Shown: piece after piece, positions 11,126 through 24,750 of the stretch
Numbering within the stretch: the stretch's first letter is position 1
How the letters are laid out: each line of letters starts with the position of its first letter
NCBI GenBank assembly: GCA_052327205.1
Contig: CM126216.1
Location: 69,192,001-69,256,000 of the forward strand
From: Somniosus microcephalus
Lineage: Eukaryota
Length of the DNA stretch: 64,000 nucleotides
Reading direction: 5' to 3'
Position numbers and translations under genes: made by a program
Notes under the pieces: generated by a model
Databases searched by the model: none
The model's input: only the letters and a program-made list of their open reading frames with translations
Told to the model about the DNA's origin: nothing

Positions 11126-13028
11126 AATATTCTTACAGAAAATAGGGATGCCATTCGGCACTAGCAATGTGTCTCTAACTACTAGACTGACCAGTTATTT
11201 TTTGATAGTATTGGTCAAGTGAGGAATGTTGTCCAGGACAGCAGGAAAATTACCTGCTTACTTATGAATACTACCACAGGATCTTTCATATTCACTGGAA
11301 GGGAGATGGAATGTCAGTTTAACTGCTTATCTGAAGGACTATGCTTCTGACAGTTCAGTGCACACTCAGTACTTTACTGAGCTATTGACTTGGGCTATGA
11401 GCTGAAGTACAGTATGGGGCTTGAATTTGAATGCTGTTTGACTAATGATTCGCTAGGGTAGACACACACTATTTCCTCTGGTGGGGGAATCCAGAGCAAG
11501 AGGGCATAATCTTGAAGTTAGAGCTATGTTCTTTAGGAATGAAATCAGAAAGTACTTCTTCACATAAAATAGCAGTCCGACAATAGGAAACAATATTTTT
11601 GAGGATAGGGTGGTAAGCCGAGGAAGGTACAGCCCAACTAATGTTTAATCATTCAGTTCTCATCGGGGCCACTAGATGGGGGTATCCTACCAGCACAAAA
11701 ACCTTCAGCCTTGTAAAATCACAAATTGGCAAAGTGGGACAAGTAGCCCAAAGGCTGGGCTGTGCCATACCAAATTTTACGTGACTGCATTTACCCTGCC
11801 ACTGGCCTGACCTTTCGCTCGCCCTTTCCTCTTGGTTTGGCCAACTGTTCAGGCCACTGCTTGTAACTTTCAAAATTTGCTCCATGTTTGCCATTCACCA
11901 TCCCCTCTCATCTGTTTTATTGATATTTGATTTTTAATAATGCATCCCTCACTACCACTACCTGTGCCCTCTGGTTTTTTGATTGTGCTTTTTTTTTGGC
12001 TTTGCTTTTCACCAGTGCCAACCCTAGTTTTTTTAAAGCTCTTTAATTTTAAGTGTCAGCCTTATTTAAGGTATTTTGCTTTTTTCCCCCAGCTATGGTG
12101 CTCTTTTTTAGACCCACCAGTCCATGGCATAGGTGTGCTTCCTCCTGCATCTCTGGAGAGTTTGCCTGCACAGCCTGGTGTTGCCTCCTATATTCCACTT
12201 GAATGGTGCTCTGAAGGGGAGGCCAGTTAACTGGTATGTGCTGGTTTTCTGAGAAATGGCAGACTCGTGCAGGTTGCACTCAGCCTTTGCCATTTCACTG
12301 GGCCAGAGATCTGCATCTCCATTGATCAGAGAACTGGTTGGTCCAATGGCAGCTATCTGATCCTGAAAGCCCAGTGAGGCAGCTGCCAGCCGAACCCCAC
12401 GGTCTGAATGCAGGGTGCTGTCTAATCCGTGCCTTATAGCCACAGAGCTGCAGACTGCTGAGGTGGGGAGCTGCTGCAGATTCCAATGCAACTGCCACAT
12501 GATCCATTGATTCTTGCAATGAAGAAAAAGTTTCCCTGATCCCACAAACGAGGGCTGTGGATTACAAAGTCACATCTGTCTGTTGCTCCCCATCCTCGCA
12601 AAGTGAGGTCAGAGTATCCTTTCTCGGATGAAGACCTATGAGATATGGGTTCTATGGCTCAAGCCTTCGCTAGCCTGCTCTCCTCCTCATCTGGGTTGGT
12701 GGCACATCTTCAGCCACTCCTTTTTATTGACTCTTGTGCCATAGCAAGACTATTTCAAAATTATTTTTTCCAAATTTCTCCATTACCTCATCCAACTTGT
12801 ATTAAGTGAACTCCCCTTGCCTTGCATCCCTGCACACACCCTTTCTTCCTTTAACACCAGACATCTTGCTATTTCCTCTGCTCCTTCATTGGTGGCCAAA
12901 TGGTTCAGTTGCTATGCTTTTACCATCTGGAATTTTCTACCTTCTCAAAACCTCCTCTTCAACCATGCTTTCAGTTCTCTATTCTAGCCTTTCCATTCCC
13001 ATCTCCTTTCCCCATGCTCTGTATCCAC

Positions 13029-13181
13029 CAATGTTCCCCCTAAGGTGTGCGGCTGCTCACTGATCATGAGGTCCCGCACAGGCCACTTGCCAGCTATTCC
13101 GCTGGAAGAAATATGACGCATGCGCAGCTGTGCAGAAAATGTAAAGGGCCTGCGCAGGGAAAAAAATTAAAGGGCACATTG
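13029..13181. mobile_element. Short hAT-type MITE
   Basis: TIRs CAATGTTCCC / GGGCACATTG; 8-bp TSD GTATCCAC / GTGTCCAC. Confidence 0.8.
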
Positions 13182-13284
13182 GTGTCCACATTATCCCTTT
13201 TCTCCTTATTGTGAAGTGCTCTGAAATGTTTTCTGCATGGGGAGCACTGTATAAAGGCAAGTAGTTGTAGATTACTATATTTGT

Positions 13285-13730
13285 GTCAGCTCTGGCTCAG
13301 TTGGTAACACTCTTGTCAGAAGGTTGTGGGTTCAAGTCCCACGTCAGAGACTTGAGCACATAATCCAGACTGCCACTCCAGTGCAGTGCTGAGGGAGTGC
13401 TGCACTGTCGGAGTGCCGTCTTTTGGATGAGATGTTAAACCGAGGCCCCATCTGCTCTCTCAGGTGCATGTAGAAGATCCCATGGCACTATTTCAAAGAA
13501 GAGCAGGGGAGTTATTCCCCCATGTCCCAGCCAATATTTATCCCTCAATCAACATAACAAAAACAGATTATCTGGTCATTATCACATTGCTGTTTGTAGG
13601 AACTAGCTGTGTGCAAATTGGCTACTGCGTTTCCTACAACAGTGACTACACTTCAAAAGTACTTCAGTGGCTGTAAAGTGCTTTGGGACGTCCGGAGGTC
13701 GTGAAAGGTGCTATATAAATGTAAGTTTTT
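13285..13730 (+). mobile_element. tRNA-derived Deu-domain SINE (SacSINE1/AmnSINE1-like)
   Basis: A box TGGCTCAGTTGG, B box GGTTCAAGTCC, central ...gatgttaaaccgaggcccc...gatcccatggcact... domain, L2-like tail. Related copies near 43690-44110 (+), 44940-45295 (+), 47640-48005 (-), 41800-41915 (-), 11150-11440 (-). Confidence 0.8.
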
Positions 13731-13879
13731 TTAAGTGGTTCCTTATATCATGTTGGATGTCTGACAAATGAAACATTAAACAAAGCCAAATTTCAAAGTG
13801 TAATTTTACATATTTTGTAATAGAGTCTAAATGGTTACAGCAGCTGCTTTTCTTTGTTTATACTAAAAGTTTTAGCCAA

Positions 13880-14230
13880 TGAGCCTTTGGCTCAGTAGTA
13901 GCATTCCAGCCTCTGAGTCAGAAGGGTCGGGTTTGGGCCACACTCCAGGCAGCACCGGCAAGTGAAGCACCAACTCTGAATGCTGCACTGACGTCCAGCA
14001 GGGTTACTTGCATCCAATGGATGCGGGTGGCCTCCCACATAGTTATGGGTAGGCGAGGATCCTTTAGCCTTGGTTGCAAGTTGCAGCCCACCTAGGAGAA
14101 GGTACTCGGAAGATGACATTCACAATGAAGGCGATGGGAATCCACCTCAGCTACTCTTCCCCTCGTAAGTGGCTCAAGAATCTCATGTGAGACTTGCCCT
14201 AAGACAGAACGCAATGGGTGGATAGATTAA
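13880..14230 (+). mobile_element. Older tRNA-derived SINE related to the 39355 element
   Basis: tRNA-like head gcctttggctcagtagtagc; shared middle gacgtccagcagggttacttgcatcc...gcgggtggc. Confidence 0.55.
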
Positions 14231-16654
14231 CAGCTTCAGAATAATGATTGTTAATATAAACAAATCGGGTAACAATTTGTGGAATGATTGCACCATTAAC
14301 CAAGTTTGGAGATGTAATGCTCAAATATACAAGGTACCGTTGTGGCAGAGAAAGAAGTGTAAATAAAGATTAAGCTGGTTTTAGTATTTTGTTGGATTGT
14401 GCTATAAAAAGCCACATGCTAAACAAAGGGACAGTAAAGGGCTACTCCCCCATATTAATTAGAATCATACAATGATACAGCACAGAAGGAGGCCATTCGG
14501 CCCATCATGCCTATGCCGACTCTGAAAGAGCTATCCAGTTAGTCCTATTCGTCTGCCCTTTCCCCAAAGCACTGCAATGTTTTCCCTTTCAAGTATTTAT
14601 TCAATTCCCTTTTGAAAGTTACGCACGGATTTATTTATGTAACTGGGATTTATTTATCTAGTGAGTAAAGAAAATACTACTTATTTCTAGGAATCGATCT
14701 CTTAAAAACTACTTTCCAAATTCTTTAATTGGATATGTGCACTACTCCTCCAAGTCCACAACCAGAACCGCTCCCTCTCTCAATAATCTAATCTCTGACT
14801 CACTATCAGCAATCCAATGAGAATCTGCCAGTATTCTATTTTCTGTAATATTTCTTACTTGAATCCCAAACTCCAACCCCAACATGTATGTAGAGGGGGA
14901 TTCATTTTAAAAAGTATACTTGTTTATGAAGTACAGTATTTGAGATTTATTTGTGGCCGATTAAATCCAGATTTTTCTGACCGAGTGCAATCGCTGCCAG
15001 AAATGTGGTGAGGTGGGACTTCTGCCCACCCGACCACTCTAGCACTCGCCTTGCCAGAGTTTAATTACTTGATGGCCAGCTCCAGGCATTGTTAAATGCA
15101 TCTCATTGGGAACTCGCCCATTTGAAGCAGGAAATAGTGTGCTGCTGTAGGATTTAAACACCTGCAGCAGCTTAAAAGGCCTGGCACAATGAGACACTGG
15201 ATTGGGAGCAGATCCTAAAGTTTGTTTGTTAAAAATGTCTTAGTTCTGCAGAAGGGCACAGGACCTCAGGAAGTGCTGTAGGACTAAGTGGAGTAGAGAA
15301 GGAAATGCAGTTTGGGAGAGAGCAGCAAGGCCCTCCAAAGGTACTTTCTCAGGCCCAGCAGAAGGAGGTTGCCAAGCAAGTAAGTGTCAACGACCACATG
15401 TGCAGCCACTCAGTGCCACAGAAAATGGCCTTATCGGGGCAGGCAAATTAAAATGGCCCAGCCAGACCTTCCAAGGATGTACCACACTAAACATGTCTTT
15501 CACTTAACTTCTGCAGTTACCATGAATGCTCAGGAGGTAGCATAGGGCCCTTTACACCACCAGCTGTCACCTGGTAGTGTTCCTTCACTCAATTTTATAG
15601 GCATATAAAAGCTTCACATGGTATGTACCTCCTTGGTAAATGCAGTTTTCATCATCCCCATGATAGTTTCTATACTAACAGCTGGCTTTGAATATGGTCA
15701 TTCTTACCTTTTTGCATTCTTTTTAAAGGAGCAGATTTCCCTTAGCACTAGAGAGAAATTGATTCTAGGTGGTAGACCCACCCATCCTCTACCATTTCAG
15801 CCCAACATGAGGTGGAGTCTTTGGAGCTCTTGGGGCGACAGACAGAGGGAATCAGAGATGGGGAAGTAGGAGAGCATATGCCAGCTTTTTCTCTTCTTTG
15901 CCATCCTATTGTAACCTATATTTCCTGTCGGCAAACTAGATTGGTAATTGGTTGGTAGGTAGACAGAGAATAGGGATAAAGGATTCATTTTCTGATTGGC
16001 TGGTTGTGACAAATGGTGTTCCCCAGGGATCTGTACTGGGGCGTTCAGCTTTTCACCATAGGTACTAATGACTTAGATGAGGAAATAGAGAATTGTCTAT
16101 CCAAGTTTACAGATGATACTAAATTAGAAGCCACAGTAAGTTGTGTGGATGGAAGAAGGAAGTTGCAATGGGACATAGACAGACTAAGTGAATGGACAAA
16201 ACTATTGCAGATGGAGTTCAATGTGGAGAACTGTGAAGTTAAATACTTTGGATCTGAGAAAGACAAATCGGAATATTTTCTTAATGGTCAGAGACTAGGA
16301 GCTGTGGAGCAGCAAAGGGATTTAGGTGTTCATGCGTACATCACTAAAAGCTAGTGCATAAGTACAAAAACTAATCAAGAAAGGTTAATAAAATGTTCGT
16401 TTTTATCTCAAGGGAGTTGGAAGCCAAAAATTAGGAAGCGATGCTTCAGTTGTAGAGTCTTGGTCAGACTCCATGAGGAGCATTGCGTTCAGTTTTGGGC
16501 ACAAAATCTCGGAAGATATATATTGGCCTTGGAAGAGGTACAGCGCAGATTCAGCAGAATGATACCAGGGCTTAAAGGGTTAAATTGAGGGAAGGTTGCA
16601 TAAACTTGGCTTGTATTCCCTTGAGTTTAGAAGGTTGAAGGGTCATCTAATCAA

Positions 16655-18056
16655 TCAATCATCAGCAAAGTGATGGAAGGTGTCGTCGACAATGCAATCA
16701 AGCGGCACTTACTCACCAATAACCTGCTCACCGATGCTCAGTTTGGGTTCTGCCAGGACTACTTGGCTCCAGACCTCATTAGAGCTTTGGTCCAAACATG
16801 AGCAAAGGGGCTGTATTTCAGAGGTGAGGTGAGAATAACTGCCATTGACATCAAGGCAGCATTTGACCGAGTGTGGCATCAAGGAGCCCTAGTAAAACTG
16901 GTCAATGGGAATTGGGGAAAACACTCCACTGGCTGGAGTCATGCCTAGCACAAAGGAAGACAGTTGTGGTTGTTGGAGGTCAACCATCTTAGCCCCAGGA
17001 CAACACTCAAGTTCCTCAGGGCAGTGTCCTAGGCCCAACTATCTTCAGTTGTGTCATCAATAACCTTCCGTTCAGCATAAGGTCAGAAGTGGAATGTTCG
17101 CTGATGATTGCACAACGTTCAGTTCCATTCGCAACTCCTCAGATAATGAAGCAGCCCTTGACCACATGCAGCAAGACCTGGACAATAATCAGGCTTGGAA
17201 TCCTCCACCATCAACATCCTGAGGTTACCATTGACCAGAAACTTAACTGGACCAGCCACATAAATACTGCGGCTACAGGAGCAGGTCAGAGGCTGGGTAT
17301 TCAGCGGCGAGTGACTCACCTGACCAATGTTCCTGTTTAGCTGCATGGCCATGCAGCTGCCTGAAGCTCCCGCTCAGGCCATTTGCCGGTTTCTCAATGG
17401 AAAAAACGCTCATACGTGGAGGTTTGAATAGGCTGTGCAGCCCCTTAAAGAGGCCACGCACCCAAAAAAATACATTACGGGGAGCATTGCTCCTGACTCC
17501 CAAAAGCCTTTCCACCATCTACAAGGCACAAGTCAGGAGTGTGATGGAATACTCTCCACTTGCCTGGATAAGTGCAGCTTCAACAACACTCAAGAAGCTC
17601 GACACCATCCAGGACAAAGCAACCCGCTTGATTGGCACCCCATCCACCACCTTAAACATTCACTCCCTCCACCACTGGCGTATCGTGGCTGCAGTATGTG
17701 CCATCTATAAGATGCACTGCAACAACTCGCCAAGGCTTCTTCAACAGCACCTCCCAAGCCCGCAACCTCTACCACCTAGAAGGACAAGGGCAGCAGGCGC
17801 ATGGGAACACCACCACCTGCAAGTTCACCTTCAAGTCTCACACCATCCTGACATGGACATATATTGCCGTTCCTTCATTGTCACTGGGTCAAAATCCTGG
17901 AATTCCCTCCCTAACAGCACTGTGGGAGTACTTTCACCACACGGACTGCAGTGGGTCAAGAAGGTGGCTCACCACCACCTTCTCAAGGGCAACTAGGGAT
18001 GGGCAATAAATGCTGGGTTTGCCAGTGACACCCACATCCCGTGAATGAATAAAAAA
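16655..18056 (+). mobile_element. CR1/L2-clade LINE 3' part (tail gaatgaataaaaaaa)
   Basis: RT remnants (DIKAAFDRVWH, VPQGSVLGP), IYKAQVRSVMEYSPLAW; AATCAA duplication at 16649-16654 / 18057-18062. Same family at ~23636-24750 (-), 35797-36283 (+), ~50915-51435 (-). Confidence 0.85.
17325..17489. mobile_element. Short hAT-type MITE nested in LINE
   Basis: TIRs CAATGTTCC / GGAGCATTG; 8-bp flanks CACCTGAC / CTCCTGAC. Confidence 0.8.
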
Positions 18057-20562
18057 AATCAAGGTGTTTAAAATGATAAAGGGATTTGATAGGGTAAATA
18101 CAGAGAAACTGTTACCTCTGGTGGGGAAATCCAGAACAAAAGGGCATAATCTTAAAATTAGAGCTTGGCCATTTAAGAGTGAAATCAGGAATCACTTGTT
18201 CACGCAAAGGGTTGTGGAAATCTGAAACTCGCTCCCCAAAAGGCGGTGGAGGCTGTGTCAATTGAAATTTTCGAGACTAAGATCAGCTATAATTTAGTGA
18301 ATGATGGAACAAGCTCAAGGGGATGAATAGCCTGCTCCTGTTCCTATGTTCGTCATGTCACTGCTTCGATTGAAAGATTAAATTTAAGAATTCAAAATGA
18401 CACACTGGTCCCAAGGGGAAGCACAGTGGTAAGAAATAATAAGCACACACCCACAGTAGGAGCTGTCAATAAAACAATGGTAGAAGACATTGTTTTGGCA
18501 AGATTTGGATGTGGCTTTGATGAAGTGGCATGAATGGGGGTTGGGTAAGTTGTCATTTACAGAGAAGGGTTTGTAGTTGATGGCATACTTGTGGGAAAGG
18601 GGAAGGTGTAGAAAGAACTGTTAATACAATGGCCAGATGTTGTAGTAAAGATATCTCCCATATTGGGTTGGCACAAATGTCTCTTGTAGCCAGCAACAGA
18701 TAGTCCTCCGCATCATCCTTGAGCTGCTGCTGCTCCTCTGGCTGATCTGCTAATGTCATTGGGTACATTTCTCCTCCAAGCCCTCCATAATAAGTCCTTT
18801 TTGTAAGACAAAGTTGTGTTGTACAAAATGGCGATCCTTGAGACCCTAACCAGACCATATTGCAGAGATCCCTATCGATTTAGGCACCTGAAACATACCT
18901 TCGACATTCCAACTGTGAGCTCTATGATGATTGGTGGATTTTGTTATAGTGATGCTCAGCTGATGTCTTGGGAAAGAGCAGAGGTGTCTTCAGCCTTGGC
19001 TGTACATGGAAGGTAGCCTTGATCTCCCTAGAGTCACCCAGAGACTTGTCTTTCTGGATCAAAGAGTATTGGCAAGGTGAATTTCTTTAAAAGAAAGGCT
19101 TAATGGCAACTCCTAAGAAAGCCATCATTCTTTTACATGATGTGGTTCTGCTGTTCCCAAATGAGTGAGAGTGAGAGTGGACTTCCTGGTGACATACACA
19201 ATGGAATTGATCATGAGTATTTATAGGCAAATGGGTATAATCTATGGCTCCTTGCACCGTGGATCATCCAACCACTATAAAATTGCAGTCCTCTGTCCAT
19301 GGGGAAGTGAATGAACTGACTTGCTCCAGCATGTGTATGACTTTGTTACTTTATACACAGCTGATTGGCTAATCTTACTGATGGCAGGCTAGAATGACCC
19401 TGTTGCATAAAACTTCAGGGAGTTGGTAACTTTTACTCAATACTGCAGAGAAAATAGGACTTCAGAGTCAGTGATCCCAAAAAGCCACGGTTGCTCTGGC
19501 AGACTCCTGCTGTAAGTCTGACGAGACCGCTGGAATGGCTGCAACCACAACTTGTGGCAATGTTTCTGGAATGGCCTTATGGGAGGTGGTGCCTCTGTCT
19601 GTTCCACCACGCCATTGGCATAATGGGGTGGGGACTCCCTAAATTTGGGAGTTAGGACCTGGCGTATAATCAGCACAGACTATGTCTAGTCATACCAGAT
19701 GTACCTGGAGGCCCATGGCCTGGACTCCCAAAGTTGAGGAGCCCAGGATTTATTTTACATAATACAAATTCATTATTTCGCCAGTAAAATGCAATGAGTG
19801 GAGGATAGTTACATAATACTAATTATGTGCGTAAATTCAATCCCAGTCACTTACAGCAGTGATTGACGGGGGAGTTACCCAATCATCTCCATTTTGGCTA
19901 GGACTTGTCACTATATACAGTCAATACAATATATCTGAATTGTTATGTAAATCACAAATTCCTTTTGTGGGCATCACTATTTCTGTCATGCCTCTACGTC
20001 AGGTGTTCTCAACCGGGGGGTCCGCGGCTCCATAAGGGTCTGCGAGAAGGTTTTAAGAGGTTCGCGGACTCCTGGTTGAGGCCCCCTGGTCTATAGGACA
20101 TGTTTTGAGCGGCCCAATGACCTCCCCAGCAAGTATCCATATCACTTTAGTCCCCGGGTCCGCACAGGACGCGGCGAACTGGAAAACGCCGGTGGGCCCC
20201 AGAGACTCGTGCTCATCGGTCCGCCGTGTTGTCAAGGAGATGCCGTCCAGTCTCAGTGGGCAGGCTCTGCTCGGCTCGTTAGTAGCGGAGAAGCAAGAGC
20301 TGGTACGGCCATCAACGCCAGCGGTCTCATCAGCACTATCAGCTCCATTGACACTTTACCAACCTTAGTGACAGTCTACTAACCTCATTGATAGTCTATT
20401 AACTTCAGTATAACTCTACCAACCTCAGTAACAGTTTACTAACTTCTGCAAGTTTACTAATGCAAGCAGAACTCTACCAACCTCGGTGACAGTCTCAACT
20501 TCAGCACCAGAAACAAGTTTCACTTTTAGCAAAACAAAAATAGTAAATATATATGTTTAATT

Positions 20563-21950
20563 CATGGAATCATAGAAATTTACAGCACAGAAGGAGGCCA
20601 TTCGACCCATCGTGTCTGTGCTGGCCGAAAAAGAGCTATCCAGCCTAATCCCACTTTCCAGCTCTTGGTCTATAGCCTTGTAGGTTATGGCACTTCAAGC
20701 GCATATCCAAGTACATTTTAAATGGGATGAGGGTTTCTGCCTCTACCACCTTTTCAGGCAGTGAGTTCCAGACCCTCACCACCCTCTGGGTGAAAAAAGT
20801 TCTCCTCAACTCCCCTCTAATCCTTCTACCAATTACTTTAAATCTATGCCGCCTGGTTATTGACCTCTCTGCTAAGGGAAATAGGTCCTTCCTATCCACT
20901 CTATCTAGGCCCCTCATAATTTTATACACCTCAGTCAAGTCTCCCCTCAGCCTCCTCTGTTCCAAAGAAAACAACACCAGCCTATCCAATCTTTCCTCAT
21001 AGCTAAAATTCTCCGGTCCTGGCAACATCCTGGTAAATCTCCTCTGTACCCTCTCTAGTGCAATCACATATTTCCTGTAATGTGGTGACCAGAACTGTAC
21101 GCAGTACTATAGCTGTGGCCTAACTAGTGTTTTATACAGATCAAGCATAACCTCCCTGCTCTTATATTCTATGCCTCGGCTAATAAAGGCAAGTATTCCG
21201 TATGCCTTCTTAACCACCTTATCTACCTGTCCTGCTACCTTCAGGTATCTGTAGACATGCACTCCAAGTCCCTCTGTTCCTCTACGCTTCTCAGTATTCT
21301 ACCATTTATTGTGTATTCCCTTGCCTTGTTTGCCCTCCCCAAATGCATTACCTCACACTTCTCTGGATTGAATTCCATTTGCCACTTTTCTGCCCACCTG
21401 ACCACTCCATTGATATCTTCCTGCAGTCTACAACATTCTTCCTCACTATCAACCACACGGCCAGTTTCTGTATCTTCTGCAAACATCTTAATCATGCCCC
21501 CTATATTGAAGTCTAAATCATTGATATATACCAAAAAAGCAAGGGACCTAGTACTGAGCCCTGCGGAACCCCACTAAAAACAGCTTTCCAGTCACCAAAA
21601 CACCCGTCGACCTTTGTTTCCTGCCACTGAGCCAATTTTGGATCCAACTTGCCACTTTCCCTTGGATCCCATGGGCTTTTACTTTTCTGACCAGTCTGCC
21701 ATGTGGGACCTGGTCAAAAGCCTTGCTAAAATCCATATAGACTACATCAAACGCACTACCCTCATCAACAGAGGGATGAAGGATTTACCTCCTCAAAAAA
21801 TTCAATCAAGCTAGTCAGACACGACCTTCCCTTAACAAATCTATGCTGACTGTCCCTGATTAATCCGTGCTTTTCTAAATGATGATTAATACTGTCCCTC
21901 AGAATTCTTTCCAACAATTTGCCCACCACCGAGGTTAGGCTGACTGGCGA
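20563..21950 (-). mobile_element. CR1 LINE 3' portion
   Basis: SLTSVVGKLLE, MDFSKAFDQVPH, FFTQRVVRVWNSLP on minus, with frameshifts. Confidence 0.92.
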
Positions 21951-22174
21951 CTTGGTCCCACGGGGTGCCATCATGCCTGCAGCTGTACACTTTTACCTCT
22001 AGATGGAGCCTTAAAAGTTCCAGTTCTCCAGGTTTCTGGAAATGTTGAGACTGCATCCACCGTCTTGTTTTCTCTCCAGGTAAATACTTAAGGTAAGCTT
22101 TAATTTTAAATTTATTTATTATTCCCCTCTTTAATTTAAAATTTAAGATTTGTCTTCATTTTCATCCCTCTTCA

Positions 22175-22935
22175 AGCTGGTTGGGAGAAACAACATGGAG
22201 AGGCGGTATAATCTAAATGGTACCATTTTGAAGGGGTTGCAACAGCAGAGAGACCTGGGGGTGCATATTCACAAATCTTTGAAGGTGGCAGGGCAAGCTG
22301 ATAAGGTGGTTAAGAGAGTGTATGGGATACTTGGCTTTGTAAATATGGGCATTGAATACAAACAAAAGGAAGTCACAAATCTCTGGTTAGCCCTCAGCTG
22401 GAGTGTTGTGTACAATTCTTGGCACCACACTTTAGGAAGGATGTTGAGACCCTGGAGAGGGTACAGAGGAGGTTTACCAGGATGGTACCAGCGATGAGGG
22501 AGTTCAAGTTATGTGGAGAGATTGGAGAAGCTGGGATTGCTCTCCTTAGAGCAGAGAAGGTTAAGGGGAAACATAATATTAATTATGAGGGGTTTTGTTA
22601 GAGCAAGTAGGAAACTGTTTCCTCTGGCGAGTGGGTCGGTAACCAGAGTTCATTGATTTAAAATAATTGGCAAAAGAACTAGAGGGGAAATGAGGAGAAA
22701 TTTTTTCACACAGAGGATTGTTAAGATCTGGAATACATTGCCTGAAAGGGTGGTGGAATCAGATTCCATGGGAACTTTCAAAAGACAGTTGGACATGTAC
22801 TTGAAGAGGACTGATTTGCAGGGTTGTGGGGAAACTGCTGGGGAGTGGGACTGAATGGACGGCTCGTTCAAAGAGCTGGTACAGGCACGATGGGCTGAAT
22901 GTCCTTCTGTGCTGTAAGATTCTATGATTCTATCA
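22175..22935 (+). mobile_element. CR1 LINE 3' fragment
   Basis: QRDLGVHIHKSLK, LERVQRRFTRM; repeated ATTCTATG tail at ~22919-22934. Confidence 0.85.
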
Positions 22936-23635
22936 TCTTAAACCAAAATTATTGAGGTTCTCTCCAAATAAATTAGACTGAACAAGTCTAGACTATGATA
23001 CATACTGTATCCTCATGAGTTCATGGATTATAATTTTTTTTGAAGTAATTTGTGAGATAATACAAAGATTCTGCAAAAGCTGTCAAATTCTGATTTTCCA
23101 CTGTTCCTGTGTTCCTGATTGTTTCCACCATTCAATCAGCCACACAGAAGCATTGCATTGGTGCACCTTCCTGGCAATGGATGTGGGAAACTCCCTGCAG
23201 AGGTTCTGGGACAGCAGAGAGGCAGCTGCAGACCTGCAGCAAAGATACCAAAACTAACACAAGGCTGGCACGGCTAGTGATAGTAACGGTTAGCTGTAGC
23301 CTTCAGCTTGCCTCAGTCTCCTTCTGGCATGCTGCAATGATGTCCTTTGAGGATGGTACAATGGATTGGAAAAAAATCCCAATCTTCTTGCGACTGCCTC
23401 CACTTCAAGCCATCAAACAGGGAGTTGGGTGCTGAGTTTCACCATTACTTGCCCACAGACTCATACCTGTAATTTGGGTTTCCTTATGTAACCTTTAGTT
23501 TGGATAGGTCTCACAATAGTTTATTAGTGGCACCCTAGGGTGCGTACAATATGGGTGTACCAGTGCCACCCCATTCGCCTACCTAAAATAGAACCTTTCC
23601 AGATGTGCCCTTGAAGCTGTGAATACGTATGAAAA

Positions 23636-24750
23636 TGTTTTTTTATTCATTCACAGGATGTGGGCATCACTGGCAAGGCCAGGATTTATGGCCATCCCTA
23701 GTTGCCCTTGAGAAGGTGATGGTGAGCAGCCTTCTTGAACCGCGGCAGTCTGCGTTGTGAAGGTACCCCCATAATGTTGTTAGATAGAGAGTTCCAGGAT
23801 TTTGACACAGCGATGATGTAACAACGGCAATGCATGTCCAAGTCAGGATGGTGTGTGACTTGGAGGGGAACTTGGGAGATGATGGTGTTCCCATGCATCT
23901 GCTGCCCTAGGTGGTGGAGCTCATGGGTTTGGGAGGTGCTGCGAAGAAGTCTTGGCGAGTTGTTGTAGTGCATCCTGTAGATGGTACTGCAGCCACGGTA
24001 CGCCGGTGATGGGGTGGACGGACGTTTAGTGGATAAGATGCTGATCAAGCGGACTGCTTTTTCTGGATGGTGTTCTTGAGTGTTGTCGCAGCTGCATCCA
24101 TCCAGGCAAGTGGAGCGTATTCCATCACACTCCTGACTTGTGCCCTGTAGGTGGTGGAGAGGCTTTGGGAAATCAAGAGCAACGTTCCCTCATAGGTGCA
24201 CGGGCGCGCAGCCACGCATCAATCCGGAGGTCCCGCACAGGCCTCTCACAAGCTGAAAGAGATACTGTGCATGCGTGGCCGCTGGACCGCACATGGGAAA
24301 AAAAATTAGAGGGAACATTGGTCAAGAGGTGAGCCACTCGCCACAGAATACCCAGCCTCTGACCTGCTCTAATAACCATGGCATTTATGTTTACATAGAA
24401 TTACGTAGGATATGCAGCACAGAAACAGACCATTCGGCCCAACCAGTCTGTGCAACCGTTTATGCTCCACTCAAACCTCCTCCCATCTTTCCTCATCTAA
24501 CTCTATCAGCATAACCCTCTATTCCCTTCTCCCCTCATATGCTGATCTAGCTTCCCCTTAAATGCATCTACACTATTCGCCTCAACTACTTCATGTGGTA
24601 GCAATGTGGTTGGTTTAGTTGAGTTTCTGGTCAATGGTGACCCCCCAGGATGTTGATGGTGGGGGCACTCTTGATGATAATGCCATTAAATGTCAATGAG
24701 AAGACGATTCGGCTTTCTCTTGGATATGGTCTGTGCCTGGCTTGGAAAAT
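23636..24750 (-). mobile_element. CR1/L2-clade LINE 3' part with nested MITE and CR1 tail
   Basis: Same family as 16655-18056 (HHHLLKGN*; QRLGIL). CR1 tail fragment at ~24395-24605. Confidence 0.8.
24180..24320. mobile_element. Short hAT-type MITE nested in LINE
   Basis: TIRs CAACGTTCCCTC / GAGGGAACATTG; 8-bp TSD ATCAAGAG / GTCAAGAG. Confidence 0.85.

Larger units (their letters stand above)
15880..18350 (+). mobile_element. CR1 LINE 3' portion, split by a nested LINE
   Basis: SKFTDDTKL, QMEFNVENCEV; resumes after 18057 with the CR1 3' end. Confidence 0.8.
14950..19845. mobile_element. Decayed autonomous Harbinger transposon: Myb/SANT-like remnant on +, transposase remnant on -
   Basis: Minus strand ~18800-19040 reads IIELTVGMSKVCFRCLNR*GSLQY and GDQGYL (HARBI1/DDE_Tnp_4-like). 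Plus strand ~15200-15450 weakly resembles Myb/SANT. Ends approximate; interrupted by LINEs. Confidence 0.55.

Noticed and set aside
11700-13020. Possible additional exons or gene between WEE1 and SWAP70 (also 23080-23420)
   Set aside because: No consistent frame or splice pattern; looks like decayed DNA-transposon interior.
13290-13345. tRNA gene
   Set aside because: The A and B boxes belong to a SINE head; there is no complete cloverleaf.
19997-22055. Possible Charlie-like hAT element with a degenerate ~20-bp internal repeat (20355-20500)
   Set aside because: The left end CAGGTGTTCTCAACC is suggestive, but I could not confirm a right TIR or TSD.
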